Assembly: GCA_963766715.1 (NCBI GenBank) | Contig: CAVYBH010000009.1 | Coordinates: forward strand, 1 to 64,000 | Source of the DNA: an uncultured delta proteobacterium | GTDB taxonomy: Bacteria; Myxococcota; Myxococcia; Myxococcales; Anaeromyxobacteraceae | Length of the DNA: 64,000 nucleotides | Direction of reading: 5' to 3' | Shown here: piece after piece, positions 10,329-21,260 of the stretch | Layout of the letters: each line of letters begins with the position of its first letter | How positions within the stretch are numbered: the stretch's first letter is position 1 | Notes under the pieces: model-generated | Databases searched by the model: none | What the model was told of the DNA's origin: nothing | What the model saw: only the letters and a program-made list of their open reading frames with translations | Made by a program: the position numbers and the translations under genes

Positions 10329-11144
10329 CTACTTCGTGAGCCACCAGAGGCCGGCGACCACGGCGGCCACGACCGCGAGCGCGACCACCAGCACCACGGT
10401 GAGCGAGCGGCTCTCCGGACGCCGGGCGCTGATGGGGCGGCGGGCGCGCTGCCCCTGCGGACCCGGGGGTGTGGGCGATGCGCTTCTCTCCGGTCCGCTC
10501 CAGCCCCTGGATGGGCAGCGGGACACGCCGGTGGGATCCTGGCCGATCCCGACGCCGTCGCGCGCGTGCACCGGGGCGGCGGCGGCGAGCGGCTCCTGCG
10601 CGGCGGCCGCCGGCTCGAGCGGGGAGGACGTGGTGGGCTCGTAGCCCCCGGTGGCGTGCATGTCCGGATCCTCGAGCGCGGCGAGCGCCGAGGCCGCTCC
10701 CGGGCGCCATTCCGGCTCCGCCTCGGGCTCGGGATCGCGCCGCGACGGCGCCTCCAGCTCCGCGGCGGGGGCTCCGAACGGCTCCGGCGGAGGGGGCGGG
10801 ACGGAACCCATCAGGTAGGCGTGGAGCTCGGGGACCGAGGAGAGCGGGGACCACTCGGTGAGCCCGGCGCACCAGACCAGGCTCTCCGGGCCGATCTCGC
10901 CGGCGTCCCAGTGGTGCTGGACCACCTCGATCGTCACCGGGCCGACCGGCTGATCGGCGATGGCCACCCACCACTCGACGCCCAGCCCCTCACCGGCTCC
11001 GGCGACGCCCTCGGGCTCCGGCTCCGGCCGACGGACCAGGATCACGTGCCCGCACTTCTTGCAGCGGACCTTCACGCCGCCGGGCCCGACCTTGTCGTCG
11101 GAGATCATGTACTTCGCGTTGCAACCGTCACAGGCGAACCGCAT
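10329..11144 (-). CDS. zinc-ribbon + GYF_2 + C-terminal TM protein, GltJ/AgmX-like N-terminal part
   Basis: MRFACDGCNAKYMISDDKVGPGGVKVRCKKCGH; WWVAIADQPVGP...SLVWCAGLTEWSPL (GYF_2); EWRPGAASALAAL; ends in hydrophobic VVLVVALAVVAAVVAGLWWLTK. Confidence 0.8.
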   Translation of the reverse strand: MRFACDGCNAKYMISDDKVGPGGVKVRCKKCGHVILVRRPEPEPEGVAGAGEGLGVEWWVAIADQPVGPVTIEVVQHHWDAGEIGPESLVWCAGLTEWSPLSSVPELHAYLMGSVPPPPPEPFGAPAAELEAPSRRDPEPEAEPEWRPGAASALAALEDPDMHATGGYEPTTSSPLEPAAAAQEPLAAAAPVHARDGVGIGQDPTGVSRCPSRGWSGPERSASPTPPGPQGQRARRPISARRPESRSLTVVLVVALAVVAAVVAGLWWLTK

Positions 11145-11155
11145 GACCGCCTCCC

Positions 11156-14100
11156 TCACCTCGCCGCCACGGAAAGCCCGAGCGAGTCCCGGAGGACCGC
11201 CCAGTCCTCGGACAGGCAGAATCGGACCAGGTCCCCCAGCTTGGCCTCGTCGAGCAGCTTCGACACCTGCGCCTTTTCCTCCAAGACGAGCTTGCGCGCA
11301 ACCTGAAGGTCGCCGGCAAGAAGGGCCCCGGCGCGATTGGCCGTCAGCTCCACCGCGTCCATGTGCGCCCGGACGTCCCCGGGGCGCGCCTGGGCGCCGT
11401 ACTCCGCGGCGAGGCGCGCGAGCAGGGGCAGCTTGCCCCGCTCCGAGAGGAGCCGCTCGATGGGCCCCTTCAGCTTCTGCACGGCCTTGGCGTCGGCGCT
11501 GACCACGAACGCCGGCTGGCCCACGCTGCAGGCCGCCTGGAAGACCGCCTGGAGCTGGTCGTGGGGCATGAGCCGCGCCAGCCGCAGCTCGGGGCGGTAG
11601 AAGGAGACGGTCCGCGCCGCCACGTACCAGAGCTCCCGGCGGGGGCGGTCCTGGTAGGTCTCCTCCCCGGCCACGAGCGCGGGCGGGTCGGTGTTGGCGA
11701 AGCCCAGCCGCATGGGGCTGCCGGCCACGCGGAAGAGCCGGACGCCCTCGACGCCCAGCGCGCGCGCGGCGTACTTGACGCCGTTCGCCAGCACCAGGCC
11801 CGACGAGGACAGGTCCACCTCGTCCCGCTCCGGGTTGAGCCCCAGGTCCTTCGGCGTCTGCGTGAAGAGGGAGGAGGCGTCCCGGGCCAGCAGGGAGAGG
11901 ATCCCGGTCACCGGCCCGCCGCGCAGCCGCTCGTGGAGGAGCCGCTGCCAGAGGACGTCGTCGAGGGAGCGGGTGGCGAACTCGCGGGAGAGGCGCCTCA
12001 GCCGGTCGACCGTCTCCAGCTCCTCGGGGTTGGCCGCATGGAGCAGGTGGGCGAGGACGTCCGCCGCCGCGTAGGCCCGATCGAGGTCCTTGCGGGCGAG
12101 CTGGATGGCGAGCAGCCGCGAGACCGCGCGCGACGGGTTCTTCTGCCGCGCGGCGACGGCCTGGAGCGCCGACGCGGCGGAGGCCTCCTGCCCGGGGATG
12201 GCGGCCGCGATCTCGGCGAATACCTGGAGCGCCTCGAGGTCGTCGGGGGCGGCCCGCACCACCTGCTCGTAGGCGCGGTGGGCGGCGGGGAGGTCGCCGA
12301 GCGCCTTGCGCTGCAGCGCGCCCAGCTCCTTCCAGAGCGTGACGCGGGCCTTCTCGGTGTCCGGCGCCTCGGGGAGCCGCTCCAGCATCCGCTCGAGCGC
12401 CTTCGAGAGCTCGCGCCACCTGCGCTTGCCGGCCAGCGTCGCCTCCACGGCGGCGAAGGCCTTGAAGAGGCGCGGATCGGCGTCGAGGGCCAGGTCGAAG
12501 TGGTGGAGCGCCAGCTCCTCGTCCCCCACCCGATCCCGGAGGACCTCGCCGAGCTGGAGGTGGAGCTTGGCGGCGTTGCCCCGGTCGGCCTGGACCTCGG
12601 GCATGCGGAGCAGCCGCTCCAGCACGCCGGCCGCGCGCGGCCAGTCGCCCCGGGCCTGGAGCGTCCGGGCCATGCCGCGCAGGGAGGGCACGTGGTCGGG
12701 GTCGGCCTCCAGCGCCTTCTCGAAGCTCTGCGCGGCCCGCTCGCTCCAGCCCTGGCGCTCCAGGATCTGGCCGACCCAGCCGCAGGTCACGGCCACCTCG
12801 GCCGGCGAGAGCGTGTCGCGGTGGTGGGTGAGGATGGCCTCGAGCACGGGCAGCGCCTCGTCCCACTCGCCGCGCCGCGCCAGCAGGGCGCCGAGCCCCT
12901 TCAGCGCCGGGAGCGACGAGGCGTCGAGCTCGCGCGCACGCCGGTAGGCGCCGAGCGCCCCCTCGACGTCGCCCAGGTTCTCGCGGGCCCGTCCGAGGCG
13001 GCAGACGTGGTGCAGGAGCTCCCGCCCGTCGCCGTCGGGCGCCATGCGCGCGGTGGCGTCGTCGAGGAGCCGGGCCACGCCGGCGAAGTCGCCGCGGGCC
13101 TCCAGCACCTCCGACAGGGCGAGCGACGCGGCCAGGTGGCCGGGGACGCGCGTGAGCGCCTCCTCGTAGAGCTTGCCGGACTGATCCCGGGGCTCGCCGG
13201 CCAGCTCCGAGAGGCGGCCGGCCTCCACGAGCGCCTCGGCCGCGCGGGTGGCGTCGTCGGTGTGGCGGGCCTCGGCGAGCAGGAGGCGCGCGTACCCGGC
13301 CCGGTCGTCGGCGCGGTGGAGGATGTCCTGCAGGGCGCGGATGGCCGGCAGGTGGCCGGGGTCGAGCTCGAGCACCCGCTCGTAGTCGGCGCGGGCGACC
13401 GCGGGGTCTTCGCCTTCCTGGGTCCGCAGCCGCGCGAGCCTCAGGTGGAGATCGGCGGCGATGCGCGGCTCGACGCCGAGGGCCAGCGCCTCCCGGAAGG
13501 GCGCCTCGGCCTCGGCGCCCCGGTCGAGCTTCCGGGAGAGGACCTCGCCGATCTCGACGAGGAGGCTCGCCCGCTCCGAGGTCTCCGGCTCGCGCACCGC
13601 GCGGACCCGCAGGACTCCGACGAGGGCGTCCCAGCTTCCCGGCCTCGCGGTAGGCCTTCTCGAGCGCCTGGGCCACTTCCCGATCGTCGGGGTCGAGCCG
13701 GTGGGCGCTCTCCAGCCCCGCCAGCGCCCGCGCCTCCTCTCCCGGGATCGACTGCCAGGCGAGCGCGCCCCAGGTGAGCAGGCGCGCGCGGGCCTCGGCC
13801 GGAATCGCGCTCTCGCCCTTCTCCACCGCGTCGAGGCACCCGGGGGACGCGAGCAGGGCCCGGCGCACCGCGTCCGCGCCGGCCGCCGCATCCCCTTGCT
13901 GGACGCCCTGCGACACCGCTGCCCGCAGGAGGAGCCCGGCCTTCCGGTCGCCCGTCCGCCGCATCGGCCGCCTCGGCCCACAGGGCGCCGAGCGCGCCGG
14001 GGGCGCCCTGGTCGGGCGCGAGCCGCTCCAGCGCCGCCAGCGCGCGCTCGCTCGTGGGCGATTCGTGGAACGCGCGGCTCCAGGCCTTCCACGCACCCGC

Positions 14101-17100
14101 CTTGTCCTCCAGGCGCGTCTCGAGCGCGTCGGCGAGCTCCTCGAGGAGCGCCGCGCGCTCGCCCGCGTCCTGCATCCGGGGCACGTACAGCTCGGTGACC
14201 CGGGCCCAGGCGCCCCAGTCGCCCGCAGCGGCGTGGACGGCGCGGAGCCCGTCGAAGGTGGACCGGCTGCCCGGGTCGCAGGTGAATGCTTCTGCGAGCG
14301 CCGCCGCGGCCTCCGCGGTCCTCCCGAGCCCGCTCCACTCGGCCGACGCCTCGCGGAACCGATCGCCGGCCTCGGTCGAGCGCACCGGACGCGACCAGGC
14401 GCCTGGCCTGGGCCTCCGCGACGCGGATCCGGTCCTCGTCGGCGCCCGCCTCCCGGAAGAGGTCGGAGAGGCGGAGGAGCTCGGCGTCGGACGCGGCGCC
14501 CGCCCCGAAGACGCGCCGGGCTTCCTCCAGCGCGCCCTCCCGGTCCCCCGCGGCGAGCAGGGTCCCGGCGAGCGAGAGCCGCAGCTCGCGCTCGGCGCCC
14601 GGATCGAAGGGAACGAGCTTCCGGAGGGTGTCGGCGAGCCCGGCCTGGTCGCCCCGCGCCTCCTGGATCCGGCGCAGCGCCTCGAGCGGCCGCCGGTCGG
14701 CCGGGTCTGCGTCGGCGAGGCGGCGCCAGAGCCGGCCCGACAGCTCGGCGTCGGTGCTCTCGCTCGCCTCGGCGATCCGGGTGAGGGCCCGCAGCGAGGC
14801 GGGATGCCCGGGGGCGGCGTCGATCACCTTTCCGTAGGCCTCGGCGGCCCGGCCGCGGTCGGAGAGCCGCTCCTCGCAGAGCTGCGCGAGGACGAAGAGG
14901 AGGCCGGTCCGCTCCTCGGCGCGCGTCTCGGCGGCGGCCAGGTCGTCGAGGACGGTCGCCAGCTCCGGCCAGCGCTCGAGCTTCCGGTAGAGCCGCTCGA
15001 GGGCGGCCAGCGCCCGGGGCGCGAGCGACGGGTCGAGCCGGCGGGCCTGCTCGTAGAAGGCCGGGGCCTCCTCGAGGCGCCCGAGAGGCCCCTCGAGGAG
15101 GACGCCGAGCCGCATCGCCACGGGTCCGCCGGCCTCGCCGAGCCCCGGCAGCTCCTCGGCGAGCAGCGCCGCGAGCTTCTCGTGGCGCCCGGTGGAGGCG
15201 TAGACCCGCTCGAGGATGGGGGTGGCCCGTCCGGGGTCCCGGGCCATCGCCGCCTCGACCCGCGCCAGCGCCTCGGCGTGGTCGGGCCGGCGGGAGAGGA
15301 CGCCGTCGAGCAGCTCGAGCGCACCCGCCGTGTCCTGCAGCCGCTCGTCGCGCAGGGCCGCCAGCTTCACCCGGAGTGACTCGGCCTCCCCGTGGCTGCC
15401 GGAGGCCTCGGCCGCGGCGAGCTCGCCCGCCAGCGACGCCGGCGAAGAAGGCGGCGTGCTCCCCGACCGTGGCGGGGTCCCGGGACAGCTCGTCCACCGC
15501 GGACGAGCGCACCGGCGTGGCGCGGGGCGGCGGCCAGCGCCGCGCGGAGCGAGGCCACGGCGCCCTTGCCGTCGCCGAGCCGCTCGTGCCGGAGCCGGGC
15601 CGCGCGCACGTGGAGGTCGGCGCCCTCCACCGCGCCTCCGCTCCGGGCGGCGGCCTCCTCCCCTTCCCGGTCGAGCAGGTCGGCCACCTCGGAGAGCGCC
15701 CCGCGCGCGGCTTCCGGGTCGCCCAGCCGCTCGGCGAAGATCTCCGACACCTCCGTCCAGAGGGCGCGGCGCAGGGAGAGGTCGGGGACGAGCGCGGCGC
15801 GGTGGCGCAGGTCGGTGGCGAGCGGCGCCCATTCCTCCCGGGCGCGGCGCAGGCCGGCGAGGAAGGCGAGCGCGTCGGCGGCGGCGCCGTCCGGCAGCCC
15901 CAGGGCGATCGAGGACTCGAGCAGGTCGGCCAGCCGGTCCTCCCGGCCCGCGGCGGCCGAGAGCCGCACCAGCTCCGCGCGCAGCGCCGGCTCGGCGGCC
16001 GGGTCGCTCCGCTCCTCCTCGTACTGGCGCACCCGGGCGTCGAAGGCCTCGGCGGTCTGGCCGCTCGCCTCGCGCAGCGCGGCGATCTCGGAGAGCGCGG
16101 CGCTCCGATCCCCCGCCTCCATGTCCTCGATCCGGACCTCGAGCAGCTCGGCGAGCTGGACCTTGTCCCCGGCCTCGCGGTGGCTCTTCTCCAGCAGCCG
16201 CGCCGCGGCGGCGCGCGATCCGGGGCGCGCGAGGGCGCGCGCCAGGCCGGCCAGCGCCGCGCCCTCGTGCGGATGCTCCTCGAGGATGGCCGCGAAGGCG
16301 TCGACGGCGCCGCGCCCTTCGTCGGCGCTCTCGAGCAGGACGGCCCGGCGCAGCAGGGTCTCGAGCCGCCTGGGCCCGTCGGCCCGGCGCGCCTCGGCGA
16401 GGTCGGCGAGCACCGCCACCAGCTCCTCGATCCGCCGCTCGCGCGACAGGTTCCGGTCGAGCGCCTCGAGGGCCTCCAGGTCGTCCCGGCGGGCCTCGCG
16501 CAGCCGCTGCCAGGCGGCGATCGCGCCCGCGCCGTCCTCGATGGCCTCGCGGGTCCGCGCCGCCAGCCGGAGGAACTCGCAGGCCTCGTCGCCGCTCGTG
16601 GAGGCGGCGGCCGCCTCCCAGATCTCGGCCAGCACGTCGAGGCGGCGGGCCTTCCCGGCCAGCCGCGGGATGTCGACGAGGGCCTCCTCCCGCTCCCGCT
16701 CGCTCCCGGCGAAGGCGCCGCGGGCCGCCTCGAGGGCGCGCACCGGGTCGTTCAGGTCCACCTCCAGGATGGACCGGATCTCGCCGTGCAGCCGGGCGCG
16801 CTCGGCCGGATCCTGCTCCGCCGCCAGCCGGTCCTCCCGGACCGTGACGCGGGTCTCGGCATCCGCGGGCTCGGCGAAGGCGGCGTCGACCTGGGCGAGG
16901 GCGTCGCGCCCCACCGGCCCGGGCTGGCGGGCCAGCTCGAGCAGCGCCTGGCGCGCGCCGCCGTGGTCGGGCTGGTGCGCGACGAGCTCTCCCAGCAGCC
17001 GGAGCGCGCCGGCGGGATCCCCGAGCCGGGTGCGGCGCAGCTCGGCGAGCCGGTAGGCGAGCTCGGGCTCGAAGAGGGCCGCCGCGAGCCGCTGCTCGAG

Positions 17101-20100
17101 GCTCCAGGCGAGGTCGCTCGGCCGATCCAGCTCCGTGGCGAGCCGCTCGACCTCGGCGGCCGCAGCGGCGTCGCCCGGGTCTCGCGACAGCCGGGCCTTC
17201 GCCTCGGCCAGGCGCTCCAGCGGGTCGATGGGCGGCGGCGGCGCGGGCACGTCGAGCCCGGGCGGGACGTTCGGATGATGGGCGAGGTCGGCGAGCACGG
17301 CGACGAGCCCGTCCCGGTCGCCCGCCGCCTCGAGCGCGCGCGCCAGCCGCGCCAGCAGGCGCGCCGAGTTCTCCCAGGGGACGAGGGCGACGGCGCGCCG
17401 GTAGGCGCCCGCCGCGGCCGCGGGGTCGTGCATGCGCTCGGCGAGCAGGTCGCCGAGCTGGGTGAGGAGGGCCGTCCGCTGCGCCACGGGCGGCCCCAGC
17501 GCCTCCCGTTCCTCGAGCAGGTCGCGCGCCTCGTCCCAGCGCTCGCCGGCCAGCGCGAGCCGCGTGAGGGCCGCGAGCACCTCGGGATCCTCCGGCCCCA
17601 GCGTCCGGGCGCGGCGGAGCTGCGTGGCCGCCTGCTCGTGGGAGCCCAGCTCCTCCTCGGCCAGCCGCGCGGCCCGCATGCGCAGCTGCCGCTCCTCGGC
17701 GGGATCGCTCTCGAGCGCGTCGGCCGCCGCGACGAGATGGGCGAAGAGCTCGGCGAAGGCCCGGGCGCGGGTGGCGAGGTCCTCGACCCTGCGCCGCGCC
17801 TCGGGGTGGGCCGGCGCCTCGCGGAGCGCGGCGGCCGCGGCGTCGAGCGCGCCGCGGGCGTCGTCCAGCCGGTCCTGGCGGATGGCCGAGACGTCGAGCC
17901 ACATGCGAGCCCGGTCGGCGGCCGAGGCCGACTCGTCCCGGGCCAGGACCTCGAGCATCTCCACGTGACGGGCCGTGTCCCCGGCGGCCGCCCGGACCGG
18001 CGCGAGCGCCCGCGCGATGCGGACCGGCTCCACGCCGCGGTTCATGAGCTCCTCGAGCACCCGGACGGCGTGGGTGGCGTGGAGGGGGCCGAGCCCGCCG
18101 CCCTCGAGCAGCGCCAGCCAGGCCGACGCCGCGTCCTCGGCGCGCTCCAGCGGCTCGAGCAGGAGCGTCGCCCGCTCCGCCTCCAGGTCGGCCCGGTCGG
18201 GAGCGCCCTGCGCCGACAGCCGGGCCAGCACCTGGCAGAGCTCGTCGGCCGCGGCCACCGAGCGGTCGTTGCGGAGCGCGGTGGCGAGCCCTCGCAGCGC
18301 CTCGGCGTCGGTCCCGTCCTCCGAGAGCAGCTCGCGCCAGGACGAGGCGCTCCCCGGGGCGTCTCCCGCCTCCAGCCGCAGCCGGGCGATCTTCACCGCC
18401 AGCTCGCGGCGGGCCGGGCCGGTCGAACCGGCCAGGCGCGACGAGAGGTCCGCGATCAGCTCGCCGTGGCGGCCGGCGCGAGCGAGCGCCGCCTCGTAGG
18501 CGCTGGCGGCGCCGCGGTCCTCGGGGTCGAGGATGGCGAGCTGCCGCCACACCCGGGCGGCCTCCTCGGCGTGCCCCAGGTCGTGCTCCTCGATCTCCGC
18601 CACGCGCCGCAGCAGGGCCTTGCGGGTGCGGACGTCGCTCATCGCCGCGGCGGCCCCGGCGCGGAAGGCGCGGCCGAGCCCGGTGAAGTCCCCGGTGCGG
18701 GCCGCGGCCGCCTCCAGCTGACGCCGGGTGACGAGGCGGGCGGGCTCCGTCACGAGCGCCCAGGAGAGGATCCGCGCGGCGTGGGCGGGATCGCCGAGCG
18801 GCTCCATCGCCACCTCGCCCGCCCGCAGCAGGATTGACGCCCGGGCGGCCGGGTCCCGCTCGGCCGAGGCCACGGCCTCCAGGACCTCGACGAGGCGCGG
18901 CCAGTCCTCGGCCCGCTCGAGCAGGAACACGAGCGCGCGCGCCGCCGGCAGGAAGCCCGGGTCCTCGCGGAGCGCCGCCTCGAGCATGGCGCGCGCCCGG
19001 TCCGGTTGCCCGGCGGCGAGCGCGATCTCCGCGCCCCGCAGCCGCAGCGGCGCGTTCTCGGCCCGTCGCGGGGACGCCGCCAGGTGGCGCTCCAGCGCGG
19101 AGAGCGCGTCGGCGTCGCGGCCGGCGTCGACGTAGGACTCGAAGAGGTGGAGGGCGGCCTCGTCGTTGGACGGGTCGAGGTCGAGGGCCCGCGACAGCGC
19201 CTTCTGGGCCGCGCCGGCGTCCCCGAAGCGGACGGTCTCGAGCTGGGCGAGGCGCAGGTTCGCGGCCACCGCGGCCGCCAGGTCGCGCGTGCTCGTGGCG
19301 AGCCGGTTCAGCTCCTCGCGCAGGGCCGGCCAGTCGCCGCGCTCGCCGTGCCACTTCTCGAGGAGGTCGAGCGCGCGCGGGTCTCCGGGAGCGGCCAGCC
19401 AGGCCCGGTCGAAGGCCTCGCGCGCCATCGACGCACCGTCGGGGTCGTAGGCGACGTGCAGCGCGGCGAGGCGCAGCCAGATCCGCGCGGCCTCCTTCCG
19501 ATCCCGCTCGCCGCCGGCGCGGTGCTCCATCGTCGCCGCCTGGTCGCGCCAGGTGCGCGCGGCGCCCTTCAGCCGCTCCAGCGTCTCGGCCGCGCCCGGC
19601 ACGCTCCGGTCGAGGAGCATCGCCTCCACCGTGGCCTCGAGGGCGAGCCCGTGCTCGAGCGGCTCGTCGGCGAGCAGCGTCCCCAGCCGCGCGTAGGCCG
19701 TGGCGAGCTCGGCCTTGTCGCCTCCGGCGTCGCGCCAGCCGTCGAGGAGCCGCTTCGCGTGGACGTACCGGCCGAGCCCCTCGGCGCAGGCCACCGCCCG
19801 GCGTCGCGCCTCCGCCAGGTCGGGGGCGAGCCGGGAGACCCGCCCGTAGTAGAGGGCGGCGCGGTCGCGGCGGCCCAGCCGCTCCTCCCACCACCGGGCC
19901 AGCGCCAGGTAGCGGGTGGCGGCCTCGCTCGCACCCTTCGTGCGGTCGGCCTCCTCCTCCAGCACCGCCGCGACGCCGACGAGGTCGCCGGCCTGCTCGC
20001 GAACCCGCGCCAGCGCCCGGAGCCCCTCCGGATCGCCGGGCTGGAAGGCCTGGGCGCGGAGCAGCAGCTCCTCGGCCCGCGCCGGGTCGGCGAGGTCGTC

Positions 20101-20259
20101 GAGGGCGAGCGCGGCACCGCGACGAAGGAGCGCGGCGGCCCGGGATCCATCGGCCTCCTCGCGCGCCTCCCGTTCGAGCAAGGACAGCAGCTCGAGCAGG
20201 TCGCGGGCTCTTTCGTCGACTGCTGCGCTCGACGAGTCGTTGCGGGTCGGCGGGCTCAT
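11156..20259 (-). CDS. giant TPR-repeat protein (~3000 aa), GltI/AgmK-like; split by about 4 frameshifts
   Basis: Continuous TPR-like helices across ORFs 15367..20259, 11156..20308, 13441..14385 and 10329..15512; C-terminus ELTANRAGALLAGDL...LVRFCLSEDWAVLRDSLGL; directly upstream of the GltJ-like gene. Confidence 0.8.
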
Positions 20260-20368
20260 CGGGCTCGACGCGCATCGTACCCATGTATCGGCGACCCCGG
20301 CAATTCACTGGACGGTCGAGGACGCACGTCTTGATGCGTCGCGGCGCGGGTGCTAACCGTCAGCCCCG

Positions 20369-20857
20369 ATGACCACCCGTCCCCACATGGCGGCGACCGA
20401 TATCGCTCGCCCGGTCGCCCTCGCCCTCCTGCTCGCCGGGAGCTTCTCCTCGCTTCCCGCCTGCGCCTCCCCGTCCGGCCCCCGGGTGATCCTCGAATCC
20501 GGCGGGAAGAGCCTGACGGTCCAGGTCGAGGTGGCGGACACGGATCCGAAACGCGAGCGGGGACTCATGTTCCGCAAGGAGCTCCCGGCCGGGCACGGGA
20601 TGCTCTTCCTCTTCGACGAGGAGGGGGAGCACAGCTTCTGGATGAAGGACACCCTGATCCCGCTCGACCTGATCTTCGTCGACGCGTCGGGGCGGGTCAC
20701 CGGGATCGTCGCCCAGGCGCGCCCGCTCACCCTCCAGCCCCGCAGCGGAGGTCCGAGCCGGATGGTGCTCGAGGTCCCCGGCGGGTGGGCGGCCGCCCAC
20801 GGCGTCCGGGTCGGCGACCGGATGCGCGTCGAGGGGCTGGGCGAAAAGCCTCAGTGA
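20369..20857 (+). CDS. DUF192 domain protein
   Basis: VEVADT...RERGLMFR...GMLF...FWMKDTLIPLDLIFVD...VLEVPGG. Confidence 0.9.
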   Translation: MTTRPHMAATDIARPVALALLLAGSFSSLPACASPSGPRVILESGGKSLTVQVEVADTDPKRERGLMFRKELPAGHGMLFLFDEEGEHSFWMKDTLIPLDLIFVDASGRVTGIVAQARPLTLQPRSGGPSRMVLEVPGGWAAAHGVRVGDRMRVEGLGEKPQ

Positions 20858-21231
20858 CCGCCGTCGCCCCCGCGATCGAGCATCTGGCGCGCCATCGCCG
20901 CGCCGAAGCTGGCGGTCATCATCCCCTCGACGATGGCCTCGAACTGGCGGCGCCGCTCCTCGTCGGTCCAGCGGAAGCGGATGCCGATGCCGGGGTCCTC
21001 GCCGTCGCTGCCGTTGCGGATCACCACCCCTTCCAGCTCGAAGGGGGAGGCGCGGCCGGGCACCACCAGGCGGAAGCGGAAGACCGTGCCGAGGGGGACG
21101 GACCGGGAGGTCCGGATGAAGGTCCCGCCCTTCGAGATGTTCTTCGTGTAGTCGGCGAAGAAGCTGTTGAGCTTCTCGTAGGCCACCTGCAGCTCGACGG
21201 GCTTGCGGGCGTGCTCTCGGCGTTCGGGCAT
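20851..21231 (-). CDS. PilZ domain protein (TIGR02266-like)
   Basis: RREHAR (RxxxR) and NISKGG (D/NxSxxG) c-di-GMP motifs; GIGIRF. Confidence 0.85.
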   Translation of the reverse strand: MPERREHARKPVELQVAYEKLNSFFADYTKNISKGGTFIRTSRSVPLGTVFRFRLVVPGRASPFELEGVVIRNGSDGEDPGIGIRFRWTDEERRRQFEAIVEGMMTASFGAAMARQMLDRGGDGGH

Positions 21232-21260
21232 CCGGCGGTCATGGTAGCGCGGGGTGGGGC

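Noticed and set aside
11156..20308. 3050-aa ORF as one intact protein
   Set aside because: Only parts are in the true frame; the real TPR gene switches frames several times.
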